From a bacterium (GTDB lineage Bacteria; Bdellovibrionota; Bacteriovoracia; Bacteriovoracales; Bacteriovoracaceae), in assembly GCA_030425045.1 (NCBI GenBank), contig JAUHVL010000006.1, positions 68,677-132,676 on the forward strand: DNA of 64,000 bases, written 5' to 3'. Numbering within the stretch: the first letter of the stretch is position 1; the number at the start of each line of letters is the position of its first letter. Positions 1 through 8,193 of this stretch are shown piece by piece. The notes beneath the pieces were generated by a model. The model saw nothing but the letters and a program-made list of their open reading frames with translations, was not told the origin of the DNA and did no database searches. The translations under genes were made by a program, and so were the position numbers.

Positions 1-1219
1 CTTGATACTTTCTAAATGGTTTGTATGGCTCAAGCATGGTGAAACGGAAAGGCCTCTTCACTCCGTTAATTACCTTATCGAGAATTCCGTCACCATCGGT
101 ATCACTCCAACCTTCTTCTTTAAGAAGTTTCGCCGCAGTCTTTGGATCAAATGGAGTTGGTTTTAACTTTTGATCTGCGTACATACTATCTTGATACCAA
201 GGACCAGTCGCTGGTCTTGAATATCCGTAAAGAAATTTTTCAATCATTTTTTCACGATCTACAAGATGAGCAAGCGCTTTTCTCACTTTTTTAGATTTAA
301 ATAAATCGTTATTGAGGTTCCAACCGATAAAAGCATAACTTTTAGGTTTTTTGTTTTGGTACTTAACTTTAAAAAGTTTCTTGCCCCAGTTTTTTCCGAC
401 AGCTTTTTTCAAATATGTTTCAGCATCACTAAAATACAGGAGGTCAATCTTTCCCTTATTTAAGTACTGTAGAGCAGCGTTATCATCTTGGATAAAACGA
501 AAAGTCATACGATCGTAATTGTATCTATTTTTTCCCTCTTCCGTTTTAAAACCCCACCAATCTTTATTTCTTTCAAATTTTAAAAATTTACCGCGGGTAA
601 ATTTTGAAAGCTTATAAGGCCCCGTTCCAACCATAGTCTTATTTAGTTTTCTCTTCATTTTTTTATCGGCATTTTCATGAAGATGACGTGGTACTACCCA
701 AAGGCTCATAAGAACTGAGAGGTTACCAAAGTATTTTCTTTTGGCGATAAATCTTAAGGTATTTTTAGAAGTGATTTTGCACTCTTTAAAATTATCATAA
801 TACGGCTTTAAATTAGCTGTATTGTATCTATTTTGAGGATCTAAAATTGCGTCAAAAGAAAACTTCACATCTTCTACAGTAAGTGGCTTTCCATCGTGCC
901 ACTTCACCCCTTCTCTTAAAGTGATGTCAAAAGTTAAACCATCTTTTGAAACTTCCCATTTGGTAGCAAGAACAGGCATGAACTCATAAGTATCGAGGTT
1001 TCTCTCTCCCAATGTTTCCATGACAAAGTATTTCACTCTTCTAGCGGGAATATCTGAAGAGCCTAAAGGGTTTAAAGTTTTTGGTTGAGTACGAAGGTTG
1101 AATTTGAAGGTTCCACCGACCTTAGCATCTTTACTGGCAAGGTTTGGTAACAAAGCAGAAGAGACTGAAATATTGATCATTAGAAATGTGATCGCTGACA
1201 ATAAGACTTTACTAAACAT
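1..1219 (-). CDS. ABC transporter substrate-binding protein, family 5 (peptide/oligopeptide/nickel type); C-terminus runs off the window
   Basis: Absent from the ORF track because it is open at position 1. My reverse-strand translation from ATG (complement of 1217-1219) gives MFSKVLLSAITFLMINISVSSA (signal peptide). It continues ...VGGTFKFNLRTQPKTLNPL...ATKWEVSKDGLTFDITLREGVKWHDGKPLTVEDVKFSFD...GTGPYKLSKFTRGKFLKFERNKDWWG, the classic OppA/DppA/YejA-like SBP_bac_5 pattern. Confidence 0.75.
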   Translation of the reverse strand, partial: MFSKVLLSAITFLMINISVSSALLPNLASKDAKVGGTFKFNLRTQPKTLNPLGSSDIPARRVKYFVMETLGERNLDTYEFMPVLATKWEVSKDGLTFDITLREGVKWHDGKPLTVEDVKFSFDAILDPQNRYNTANLKPYYDNFKECKITSKNTLRFIAKRKYFGNLSVLMSLWVVPRHLHENADKKMKRKLNKTMVGTGPYKLSKFTRGKFLKFERNKDWWGFKTEEGKNRYNYDRMTFRFIQDDNAALQYLNKGKIDLLYFSDAETYLKKAVGKNWGKKLFKVKYQNKKPKSYAFIGWNLNNDLFKSKKVRKALAHLVDREKMIEKFLYGYSRPATGPWYQDSMYADQKLKPTPFDPKTAAKLLKEEGWSDTDGDGILDKVINGVKRPFRFTMLEPYKPFRKYQ

Positions 1220-1305
1220 CGTAAGATCTCCCATATTTAATACTTTAGCGACCTAATCTAAACAAAATAAGACAGAAATTAAAGGGAAAGCTGGGAATAC
1301 TTGCG

Positions 1306-1983
1306 TTATTTTTTGTAATAAAGGCGCGGGTCGAGCGACCATCTATCCTCATGAAGGTTTTCATCCTCGATACGATATTTCTCAAGCTTGTGCTCGGCAT
1401 CAAGAAGTCTGGCCTCTACATCTTTATATTCTTTAACGGTCGTTAACCGATCTTCTTCTAAGGCCGCAATTTCATCACGCCACTCAGCCTCTAACTTATC
1501 TCGAAGTAATTTATAACGCATATTAACAGCATTTACTTTTTCGATATGGTTATCCAACTCTTTTTTCTTTCGGCTTAAACTGCCACCTAAAGCGAGCTTC
1601 TTTTTAACGAGAATATCGACTAGCTCACGACCCATCTTCAAGTTATTAACAAGGTCCTGACTAAAAAAGCGGTAATACATACCAGGTGTTAGCGCCACAA
1701 CTTGAGCACATCTTCTGATTTCGGGAATTTTAAGTAAAAGATAATTATTGGATTTACCGAGAACATGGGCCTGACACTGAAGTTCTGGTTGTCTTTCATC
1801 CCAGAAGCTCACCTTATCTTTTTTGTTAATATACTTCATATTTTCAAAATCAACTTTCACGCGCAAAAGACTTGCTGATCGATTCACCTTCGCGATACGG
1901 CCAGAGAAGATGCCATTCATCTCTTTGGGAACGGCAAAGCTGTCAAAGACAAATAAGGTTGCAAGTAAGAGAAATTCTTTCAT
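1306..1983 (-). CDS. Secreted coiled-coil protein, function unknown
   Basis: Signal-like N-terminus MKEFLLLATLFVFDSFA. The C-terminal half is charged and heptad-like (LDNHIEKVNAVNMRYKLLRDKLEAEWRDEIAALEEDRL...). No catalytic motif recognised. Confidence 0.5.
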   Translation of the reverse strand: MKEFLLLATLFVFDSFAVPKEMNGIFSGRIAKVNRSASLLRVKVDFENMKYINKKDKVSFWDERQPELQCQAHVLGKSNNYLLLKIPEIRRCAQVVALTPGMYYRFFSQDLVNNLKMGRELVDILVKKKLALGGSLSRKKKELDNHIEKVNAVNMRYKLLRDKLEAEWRDEIAALEEDRLTTVKEYKDVEARLLDAEHKLEKYRIEDENLHEDRWSLDPRLYYKK

Positions 1984-2135
1984 ATCTTTATATTATGCCT
2001 TTTTCTGGAATTCTTTGCGAGGCGGTAGAGCTTAACCGGTGTCGTTCGATATACACAGAGTGTAATTAATACAACGCAGCGCAAAACAAGTCGCTAACAT
2101 GCTATTATTTCATAAAATATTAGTGAGAGACGACT

Positions 2136-3260
2136 ATGTTATTGAAATTATTAAGCTTAATCATGCTTTCTGTGCATGCTTGGGGTCCGAAAGCCCCCCT
2201 TACATCCAAAAGACCTGAACCAAGGCCTGCAAATTTACAAATTGTAGATCGTCCGGCCGTTGGTGAGATTAGAGATGGAAAAGTGACGTTGAGAATTGTT
2301 TTTCCTAATGACGGTCTTTATTACCAACGCAATAACCGCACCCATAATATTCCGATTATGCATTATTTTAAAAATGAATATCCTGATATTGATTTTTCAA
2401 ATTTTAGAATCAATCGAATGAGTATCAATAGTAGGGCCTATAGCGATGAAGCTTTTATTGGATTTCATAATAAAAAAGGTCGTCGTATACAAAAAGCAAA
2501 TATTCCTATCGTTGCTTACCCTGGTGAGCCACTTGGTGAGTACTCTCAAACAATCGTTGAAAGAAAAAAACTAAGATCAACTTTTAGTTTTATCTCAATC
2601 AAAGGTGTGATCGGAATTAACAATATCACGCTTGAGATGGAGCAAGGTCGACCTAACTTTACCTTTGATACAAGAAACTTCAGTGTACAAGGTAATCAAG
2701 TCAATCCTATCCGAGGTTATATTAGAGCAGGTTTCGAAGAGACTCGTTTTACTGCGATTATGAAAGAGGTCATCAAAATGAGCACCATTCCTGATCCACA
2801 GGATTTAATCGAAGAAGAATTTGTTAATGAAAATATCATGACCGAAGATGATACTGTCGTTGCAGGTGGTGAATGGACAGAAGTTACTGAAGAAAGATTT
2901 GATAATGACGATGAAATCATCATTACCGAGCTTGAAGAAATTGAAGACGACAATAATCAATTTATTATTGAGTCTGATCTCTATAGATTTCCCCAACGTT
3001 CAATTTCAATTGGAAGACTTAAAAGTAAAGGTGGTCTCGTAAGAATTGAAAGAATTAGTGGCTCTGCTGCTCTTGTTGGCTTTCATGTTATCTATCGAGA
3101 TGGAAGAAGTTTTTATCAAAATTACAATATTCCAGTTAATGTAAGTCGACCAACAATCGACCTTAAACTAAGTAGAAGTTATAGCTATAGTACGATCACA
3201 TTATATTTTGAAAATGTGTCTAAAGATGGCGAGATCTTCTTAGACTGGTGGGAGTTATAA
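2136..3260 (+). CDS. Secreted protein of unknown function with two related domains separated by an acidic linker
   Basis: Signal peptide MLLKLLSLIMLSVHAWG. N-domain ...DEAFIGFHNKKGRRIQKANIPIV... and C-domain ...SAALVGFHVIYRDGRSFYQNYNIPVNV... share a motif. The central stretch is D/E-rich (EERFDNDDEIIITELEEIEDDNN). Confidence 0.5.
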   Translation: MLLKLLSLIMLSVHAWGPKAPLTSKRPEPRPANLQIVDRPAVGEIRDGKVTLRIVFPNDGLYYQRNNRTHNIPIMHYFKNEYPDIDFSNFRINRMSINSRAYSDEAFIGFHNKKGRRIQKANIPIVAYPGEPLGEYSQTIVERKKLRSTFSFISIKGVIGINNITLEMEQGRPNFTFDTRNFSVQGNQVNPIRGYIRAGFEETRFTAIMKEVIKMSTIPDPQDLIEEEFVNENIMTEDDTVVAGGEWTEVTEERFDNDDEIIITELEEIEDDNNQFIIESDLYRFPQRSISIGRLKSKGGLVRIERISGSAALVGFHVIYRDGRSFYQNYNIPVNVSRPTIDLKLSRSYSYSTITLYFENVSKDGEIFLDWWEL

Positions 3261-3262
3261 TA

Positions 3263-4642
3263 ATGAAATTGCTATCAATCATATTCTTAGTTTTATTTTC
3301 AACTCTTTCTCAAGCTAAAGTTTGGCAAGCAACTCCTGGGCTTCATTGGGATGCTTATTGGGATCAAAAATTCCAACAATGGATTAAAAATGATGTCGGT
3401 GGAGAATTTTTTAAAGAGTTAGAAGGCTTTAAAGATCTACCACTTGATTGTGCCGATGCTATGTATGCTTTTAGAATTTATTTTTCATGGCAGCATAAAC
3501 TTCCTTGGAAATCCGGAGTTATCAATTGGCAAAGAGATAAGTCTTCTTATCCCCATGGAATTTCAAACGACATGACAAATTGGGATGAACTTCCAACAGA
3601 AAGAGAAAGAGTTATTGCTCTTATTTCTTTTTTAATTGATAGAGTTGGGACTGAGTCTCTTGCAAACCTAGATACTTATTCAGTATCTGTTCATGATATT
3701 AAGCCGGGTGATCTTTATATGTATAAGTATGGATCAGATGGTAGTTATACTCGTCATACTTATATTGTGAAAGAGGTGAATACCGATGGAACCTTTGACG
3801 TTTTATATGCAACTCAGTTAAGAGCAAAAAAGCTATGGGGTCTTGGTAGAATTGGAGCGGAATACCTTCAGCATAAACCAGACCTTGTTAACTGGGGATT
3901 CAAAAGACTAAAAAGTGATTTAGATATCAACACAGCTCAAAAAGACATCATTGGTTCTAACCCTGAACAATATGAAATTGCTAAACGAGTAAGTGAGCAA
4001 GAGTTTTTTGACTATATGAATGTTTCTCTTAGAATTCACGAAGAAACTCCTACCAGAAAAACGATTAGATTGCTTCATTCATTATGTCGTTCACTTACCG
4101 CAAGAGAAATCGTCGTTAAAGATGCTCTTGAGTGGCAAGTAGAAAACCCGAATCAGTGTATGAATGAAAAAGATTATGATGCTTATTCAACACCTAGTCG
4201 TGATGTCGGTATTACCAAGAAATATCGTCAGCTGAATTTCTTCTATCAACAACTCGAAGCAATGAATAAAAAAGATAAAGTTAATAGTAAATTTAGATCA
4301 ATTGCTGAAGGTATTTTTGCACCAACTATTAGTGAAGAGACAAATAATGCTCTTAATGAATTTTGCAAGATTGAAGTATCTGATGGTATTCAAACTCACC
4401 AAGTAAACTTAAGAACCTTTTATTACTCTCTTGAGAATAATACTGCTTCTTTTCACCCCAATGATAACAATTTTAGAAGATGGGGTGTTAACGTTGGTGA
4501 AGTAACTCAATGTCATACCTACTATGGAAAAAAAGATGATGGTGCAGGAGTTGGAACAGGTACAGGAACAACGAATGATGATGACAAAGAAGAAAAAAGA
4601 CCGAATCTCTTAGAAATCATCTTTGGAAATAGAAATCGTTAA
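3263..4642 (+). CDS. Secreted protein; possible papain-fold (NlpC/P60-like) Cys/His hydrolase
   Basis: The track ORF starts at GTG 3248. I prefer ATG 3263 (MKLLSIIFLVLFSTLSQA signal peptide), which lies 2 nt after the upstream stop with GGGAG about 9 nt upstream. Motifs LPLDCADAMYAF (candidate nucleophile Cys) and GDLYMYKYGSDGSYTRHTYIVKEVNTDGTFDVLYATQ resemble the GDLvf...H.giy...h block of NlpC/P60-type enzymes. The Cys-His spacing is longer than typical, so the functional call is weak. Confidence 0.5.
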   Translation: MKLLSIIFLVLFSTLSQAKVWQATPGLHWDAYWDQKFQQWIKNDVGGEFFKELEGFKDLPLDCADAMYAFRIYFSWQHKLPWKSGVINWQRDKSSYPHGISNDMTNWDELPTERERVIALISFLIDRVGTESLANLDTYSVSVHDIKPGDLYMYKYGSDGSYTRHTYIVKEVNTDGTFDVLYATQLRAKKLWGLGRIGAEYLQHKPDLVNWGFKRLKSDLDINTAQKDIIGSNPEQYEIAKRVSEQEFFDYMNVSLRIHEETPTRKTIRLLHSLCRSLTAREIVVKDALEWQVENPNQCMNEKDYDAYSTPSRDVGITKKYRQLNFFYQQLEAMNKKDKVNSKFRSIAEGIFAPTISEETNNALNEFCKIEVSDGIQTHQVNLRTFYYSLENNTASFHPNDNNFRRWGVNVGEVTQCHTYYGKKDDGAGVGTGTGTTNDDDKEEKRPNLLEIIFGNRNR

Positions 4643-5322
4643 TTACGTGGTTTTTGCAAGATGATACTTGCGATGAAATCATTTTGATGAATTGGCTCTT
4701 CGTATTTTAAAATTCTCATCTTAGGAAAGAGTTCTAAAAGTTCACCTTCTTTTAAAAGAAAGCTCTTTCCTAATTTTTCTGAATAACTCGTTTTCAATTG
4801 TCTTTCGGTATACGATTCATAAATCAAAATACCGCCAGGCCTTAACCAAGACATAAGTTTTTCATGTAATGTTCTGTCAACGTAATAAAAACAAATAATC
4901 GCATCATATAAAACTTGATTCGGGTTATGATCTTTTACTTTGCCATTAACAATATTAATTCGTACTCCAAATTCTTCTGCTAATTCAGTCGCACGAACAG
5001 AAAGTTTTTTATTGGCCTCAAGACCAGTCACATTGTACCCCTTTCGAGCAAGGAATACGGCGTTGCGGCCTCCCCCCATTCCGACATCTAATACAAGAGA
5101 GCCCTCTGGAATATAGTGATAATTTCGAGAAAGAAATTTCGCGGGAACTTTACCAAACTGGAAGTCGTTATTAATTGGCTTTCTTTCAAGTGAGCTTCGA
5201 TCATCTCGACTGGTTCTAAGACCAGATAAAATTTCATACCTTCGCGGATCAATTGGCTTTCGCGTTTGAGCGAACAGTGAATCTATAAGCATAAAAAGAG
5301 AAAGGCATAAGACGATTTTCAA
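4639..5322 (-). CDS. Class I SAM-dependent methyltransferase (TehB-like) with hydrophobic N-terminal leader
   Basis: Motif I VLDVGMGGGRNAVFLARKGYNVTGLE and post-I/II style blocks (YDAIICFYY, LRPGGILIY). TTG start at 5322 is preceded by GAGGGAGAG. The N-terminus MKIVLCLSLFMLIDSLFAQ is signal/anchor-like. An alternative ATG at 5292 would remove the leader. Confidence 0.7.
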   Translation of the reverse strand: MKIVLCLSLFMLIDSLFAQTRKPIDPRRYEILSGLRTSRDDRSSLERKPINNDFQFGKVPAKFLSRNYHYIPEGSLVLDVGMGGGRNAVFLARKGYNVTGLEANKKLSVRATELAEEFGVRINIVNGKVKDHNPNQVLYDAIICFYYVDRTLHEKLMSWLRPGGILIYESYTERQLKTSYSEKLGKSFLLKEGELLELFPKMRILKYEEPIHQNDFIASIILQKPRN

Positions 5323-5744
5323 AGTATGCTCTCTCCCTCTTTTATTTTATTTTCCTCTAAACGTGATTCTAAATCAGCATTTAAATATAATTGAAGAGTT
5401 TGATGAAGCTCTTCGAGTTCGTGTATATAGCGACCAACATTATCCTGAACTGTTCCAGGCATATCCTCTGTACAAAAAAGATACCATCTCATTTCATCGA
5501 CCATATGGTAAAAAGAATTCAACGCTACTATTGTTTCAGGCTCACAAACTTTTAAATCTGAAATTTTCATCTCATCGTAACGATTATCAAAAATTCGTGG
5601 GAAATGCTCACGGGTTCTTTTTGAAGAAAAAATATGCATATATTCAATTTCACGCTCTTTTATTCTTTCAAATAACCTTTGAGCGTCTAATCTAATTAGA
5701 GTTAATATTCTGAGTTTGTGGCTTATTTCGTTCATTGGTATCAA
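5319..5744 (-). CDS. Hypothetical cytoplasmic helical protein
   Basis: ORF with 4-nt overlaps to both neighbours (operon context). No signal peptide and no recognisable motif. Confidence 0.45.
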   Translation of the reverse strand: MIPMNEISHKLRILTLIRLDAQRLFERIKEREIEYMHIFSSKRTREHFPRIFDNRYDEMKISDLKVCEPETIVALNSFYHMVDEMRWYLFCTEDMPGTVQDNVGRYIHELEELHQTLQLYLNADLESRLEENKIKEGESIL

Positions 5745-6199
5745 CCATTCATTTCAGGTAATCTGGCGCGTCTTCCACCAGGCCACTTTTCTTCTTTTGT
5801 GACTCTTTCTAAATAGTATTCTTCTACGAGATCAACTAACTTTTGGTATTTCACTGGTGGTGAAAGTGTCTTATACCCTTTGATCGTATAAGAATTATTC
5901 AGCTCTTTTATCTCTCCAAATGAATTTAGATGAAACAGACTTAATTTTCTACTTTTTAAAGCAAAGTTTATAAACTTTTTTCTTTTGAGATTAAATTTTC
6001 TAAATGCCGTTAGATTTAACGTTAACACTAATAAGAAATTATTTTTATCTTGAGTTAGAGCACTTAACTCTTCCATATCAACGGGAACCAGCTGGAAGCC
6101 CTTTCTGGCAAATAGTTTGGCCAAAACGAAATATTCGGGGCACTGATCCAATGACTGAAGTTGTAAAAAGAAAATATATCTCTTCTGAGTAGTTTCCAT
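5741..6199 (-). CDS. Hypothetical protein; possibly a degenerate receiver/flavodoxin-like fold
   Basis: The alternating beta-alpha pattern RYIFFLQLQS...FVLAKLFARKGFQLVPVD...NNFLLVLTLNL resembles a CheY-like layout but lacks the acidic pocket residues. Overlaps the next gene by 4 nt. Confidence 0.4.
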   Translation of the reverse strand: METTQKRYIFFLQLQSLDQCPEYFVLAKLFARKGFQLVPVDMEELSALTQDKNNFLLVLTLNLTAFRKFNLKRKKFINFALKSRKLSLFHLNSFGEIKELNNSYTIKGYKTLSPPVKYQKLVDLVEEYYLERVTKEEKWPGGRRARLPEMNG

Positions 6200-6230
6200 A
6201 CTTTCTTTTCGAAAGCATATTCAACAATAT

Positions 6231-7043
6231 TTAATATCCAGAATCGACTAAGTTATTGAGGGAAAATTTTACCTGTGGTCTACGAACAAGAATAGTTGAT
6301 AAGTATCCTAAGAAAAGTGTCAAAAGGAAACTAAACCCTCCGCCTCCACCATTACTAGAGTTTATGTCAATTGATCCACAAGCAGCGACGCTACTTTGAC
6401 CATCATCTTCAAAAGATTGAAGCTCAGAACGACCAAAGCCATTAACCTGACGGCTTAGGGTTTCATCAGTCAAATAATTCATCCCTTCGATATCATCTTG
6501 ATGGAGGTTGTTTACACCACTTAAGTTGGCGGCCATTACTGCATTTGAATACTCCGAGTGACCTAATCCAACGACATGACCAAGTTCATGTAAAATTGTT
6601 TGATACAGCATATTTTGGTGATTGTTTCTTAAGAAAGCATTATTGCCATTTAAGATAATTTCGACCTTCTCAAAAGAGCTTCCTACGCTATACCTAATGG
6701 TGATAGCTAACGTTGTTTGATCACTAAACCCGGTCTCCTGAGAAAAGTTATAAGACCAACGAATCGTATTTCCGGGGTTAGTAAAAAAATACTCTTCTGG
6801 AATTTCCCAGATCTCTCTTCCCACAACAGCTTCCCAAGCTAATTTTGCTTGATCGACGAGTGTTTTGAGAAGAGGATCTTCAATACTTGATGTCGCAAAT
6901 TTATACATCTGAATGGGGAAATTGTGCCAGTATGCTCCGTTTTTAAAATCATCCGTGACATTAAAAGCACGAGCATTAAATGAAACGATCAATGTAATCA
7001 CAATTCTGTGAATTAGCTTTCTACAATCCATTTTTTCATCCAT
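6231..7043 (-). CDS. Secreted zinc metalloprotease, metzincin (matrixin/M10-like), with C-terminal Gly-rich/TM/Arg tail
   Basis: HELGHVVGLGHS matches HExxHxxGxxH and is followed by a Met-turn candidate (NAVM). The N-terminus has a hydrophobic leader. The C-terminal tail is ...AACGSIDINSSNGGGGGFSFLLTLFLGYLSTILVRRPQ.... Confidence 0.75.
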   Translation of the reverse strand: MDEKMDCRKLIHRIVITLIVSFNARAFNVTDDFKNGAYWHNFPIQMYKFATSSIEDPLLKTLVDQAKLAWEAVVGREIWEIPEEYFFTNPGNTIRWSYNFSQETGFSDQTTLAITIRYSVGSSFEKVEIILNGNNAFLRNNHQNMLYQTILHELGHVVGLGHSEYSNAVMAANLSGVNNLHQDDIEGMNYLTDETLSRQVNGFGRSELQSFEDDGQSSVAACGSIDINSSNGGGGGFSFLLTLFLGYLSTILVRRPQVKFSLNNLVDSGY

Positions 7044-7065
7044 GAAAAAAAGTTGATCTTAAATT

Positions 7066-7386
7066 CTATTTTTGAGTAACTTTACAAATGAAGTTGTCTT
7101 TCATTTCCACTGTGTACTCATGTCCCTCTTTTAAACTGAGAGGTCCACCTTTAATATATTTTATGGTTTTAGACTCTGCTACATCGCCACGATCTATAGA
7201 TGTAACTTTGATTTTCGCCACTTCTTTCTCTAGAGGAGAATGAGAAGATATGGATGAATTTACACTTTCGATGACACCTGTAAACTTTACAGGACAAGTA
7301 ACACTGGGGATGCGAGTTACTCCATAAACATCGATCCAAGGAGAAGAAAAAACTAATAATTTAATTAGAAAAATTGGTAAACTCAT
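7066..7386 (-). CDS. Small secreted protein, unknown function
   Basis: Signal-like MSLPIFLIKLLVFSSPW. RBS GGGAG lies 7 nt upstream of the ATG. The gene sits 22 nt upstream of the metzincin gene on the same strand. Confidence 0.5.
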   Translation of the reverse strand: MSLPIFLIKLLVFSSPWIDVYGVTRIPSVTCPVKFTGVIESVNSSISSHSPLEKEVAKIKVTSIDRGDVAESKTIKYIKGGPLSLKEGHEYTVEMKDNFICKVTQK

Positions 7387-7470
7387 CCATAAGCTCCCAT
7401 TATAATTACGGACTTCCTTGTCCTACGAACCCAAACATCCTATCTGGGTCAGTCGCTTGTAAAACTATAA

Positions 7471-7487
7471 AGCAGGTTCCGTGCCAA
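7471..7487 (-). promoter_or_regulatory. Candidate sigma-54 (-24/-12) promoter
   Basis: The minus strand reads TTTGGCACGGAACCTGCTTTA, versus the consensus TGGCACG-N4-TTGCW. The TGGCACG heptamer is exact. GG and GC are separated by the canonical 10 nt, and the -12 element is CTGC. It points at the 7386->7066 gene, about 75 nt upstream of its ATG. Confidence 0.45.
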
Positions 7488-7576
7488 ACTCACAAGTGTC
7501 CGTAAAATGTCATAACTTTGTAAAATTAGGTTTTACTTGAGTGGTGCCAAAATAAGTAGAGCAAAAAAAACAGTGA

Positions 7577-7594
7577 CAGTTTGTCGCCAAACTG
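7577..7594. promoter_or_regulatory. Perfect 7-4-7 inverted repeat CAGTTTG-TCGC-CAAACTG; candidate enhancer-binding-protein site (UAS)
   Basis: The palindrome is read directly from the sequence. Its centre lies about 100 bp upstream of the -24 element at 7484-7485, the usual distance for bEBP binding sites. Confidence 0.3.
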
Positions 7595-7703
7595 CAAGGG
7601 CCAAAAAACCGAAATGTAAGTTGGATTTAGATAGGTGAATAAGTCTTGTTGAAAGTTTTAAATAATTGTCAGTGATTCTAAGAATTCACTGTATACTAAA
7701 ACT

Positions 7704-8174
7704 ATGAAAATTAAATTTACACTTTTCTTACTCTCTCTAAGTTTTCTCTCTCACGCAAAATTTGCACAATGGGTTTTTAATATTCCCTGCCATCAAGTTA
7801 CGTTAAAAGTTAAATCATGTAAGGATTATTCTTTTTCAAATAAAGATTTGCTTTTAAAGCGCTTCAAAAATAAGGCTGATCTTAAAAGACTGACATTAAA
7901 TTACTCAGGAGCAATTGTCTCAGGTGATATCCTCTCACTTGCTCCAGAAAAATGCTATGAAAGTCAAAGAGTTGATATAAGCCGCTATAAAGAACTTCAA
8001 AAAGAGTTTGATCACTTTTTCATTAACAAGAGAAGTTGTAAGGAAACAACTGTTAGAAGTACCACAAAATTCATCATAAAAAGATTTTTTTGTGATACTC
8101 CCGGTGCACCTTCAATACCAGACTGCTTTATTAGCAGACATGCAAGAAAACAGAAGTTTTACTTTTCAAACTAA
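7704..8174 (+). CDS. Secreted Cys-containing protein, unknown function
   Basis: Signal peptide MKIKFTLFLLSLSFLSHA. No obvious SD before the ATG. TATACT lies 7 nt upstream of the start. Confidence 0.5.
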   Translation: MKIKFTLFLLSLSFLSHAKFAQWVFNIPCHQVTLKVKSCKDYSFSNKDLLLKRFKNKADLKRLTLNYSGAIVSGDILSLAPEKCYESQRVDISRYKELQKEFDHFFINKRSCKETTVRSTTKFIIKRFFCDTPGAPSIPDCFISRHARKQKFYFSN

Positions 8175-8193
8175 ATGTCTCAATCGAAGATGA

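Noticed and set aside
2021-2060. tRNA-like fragments GGTAGAGC and GTTCGAT in the 1984-2135 divergent intergenic region
   Set aside because: I could not fold a cloverleaf. No GCTC partner exists for a D-stem, the putative T-arm gives only a 4-bp stem with a 10-nt loop, and no acceptor stem is present. Probably chance similarity.
4540-4585. Short GGA/ACA-type nucleotide periodicity (ggagttggaacaggtacaggaaca)
   Set aside because: It simply encodes a Gly-Thr linker (GAGVGTGTGTT) near the C-terminus of the 3263-4642 protein. It is not a DNA-level repeat element.
7387-7520. Possible structured RNA (SRP RNA, purine riboswitch or other) in the GC-richer 317-bp intergenic region, including the 8-nt inverted repeat TTACGGAC (7406-7413) / GTCCGTAA (7498-7505)
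   Set aside because: CTGGGTCAG...AAGCAGG only superficially resembles the SRP domain IV motifs and has no GNRA-capped helix between them. CCGTAAAATGTC resembles the purine-riboswitch J3/1 region, but the P2/P3 arms and overall length do not fit. The sigma-54 promoter reading explains the conserved-looking TGGCAC block better and places one arm of the 8-mer repeat upstream of the predicted TSS.
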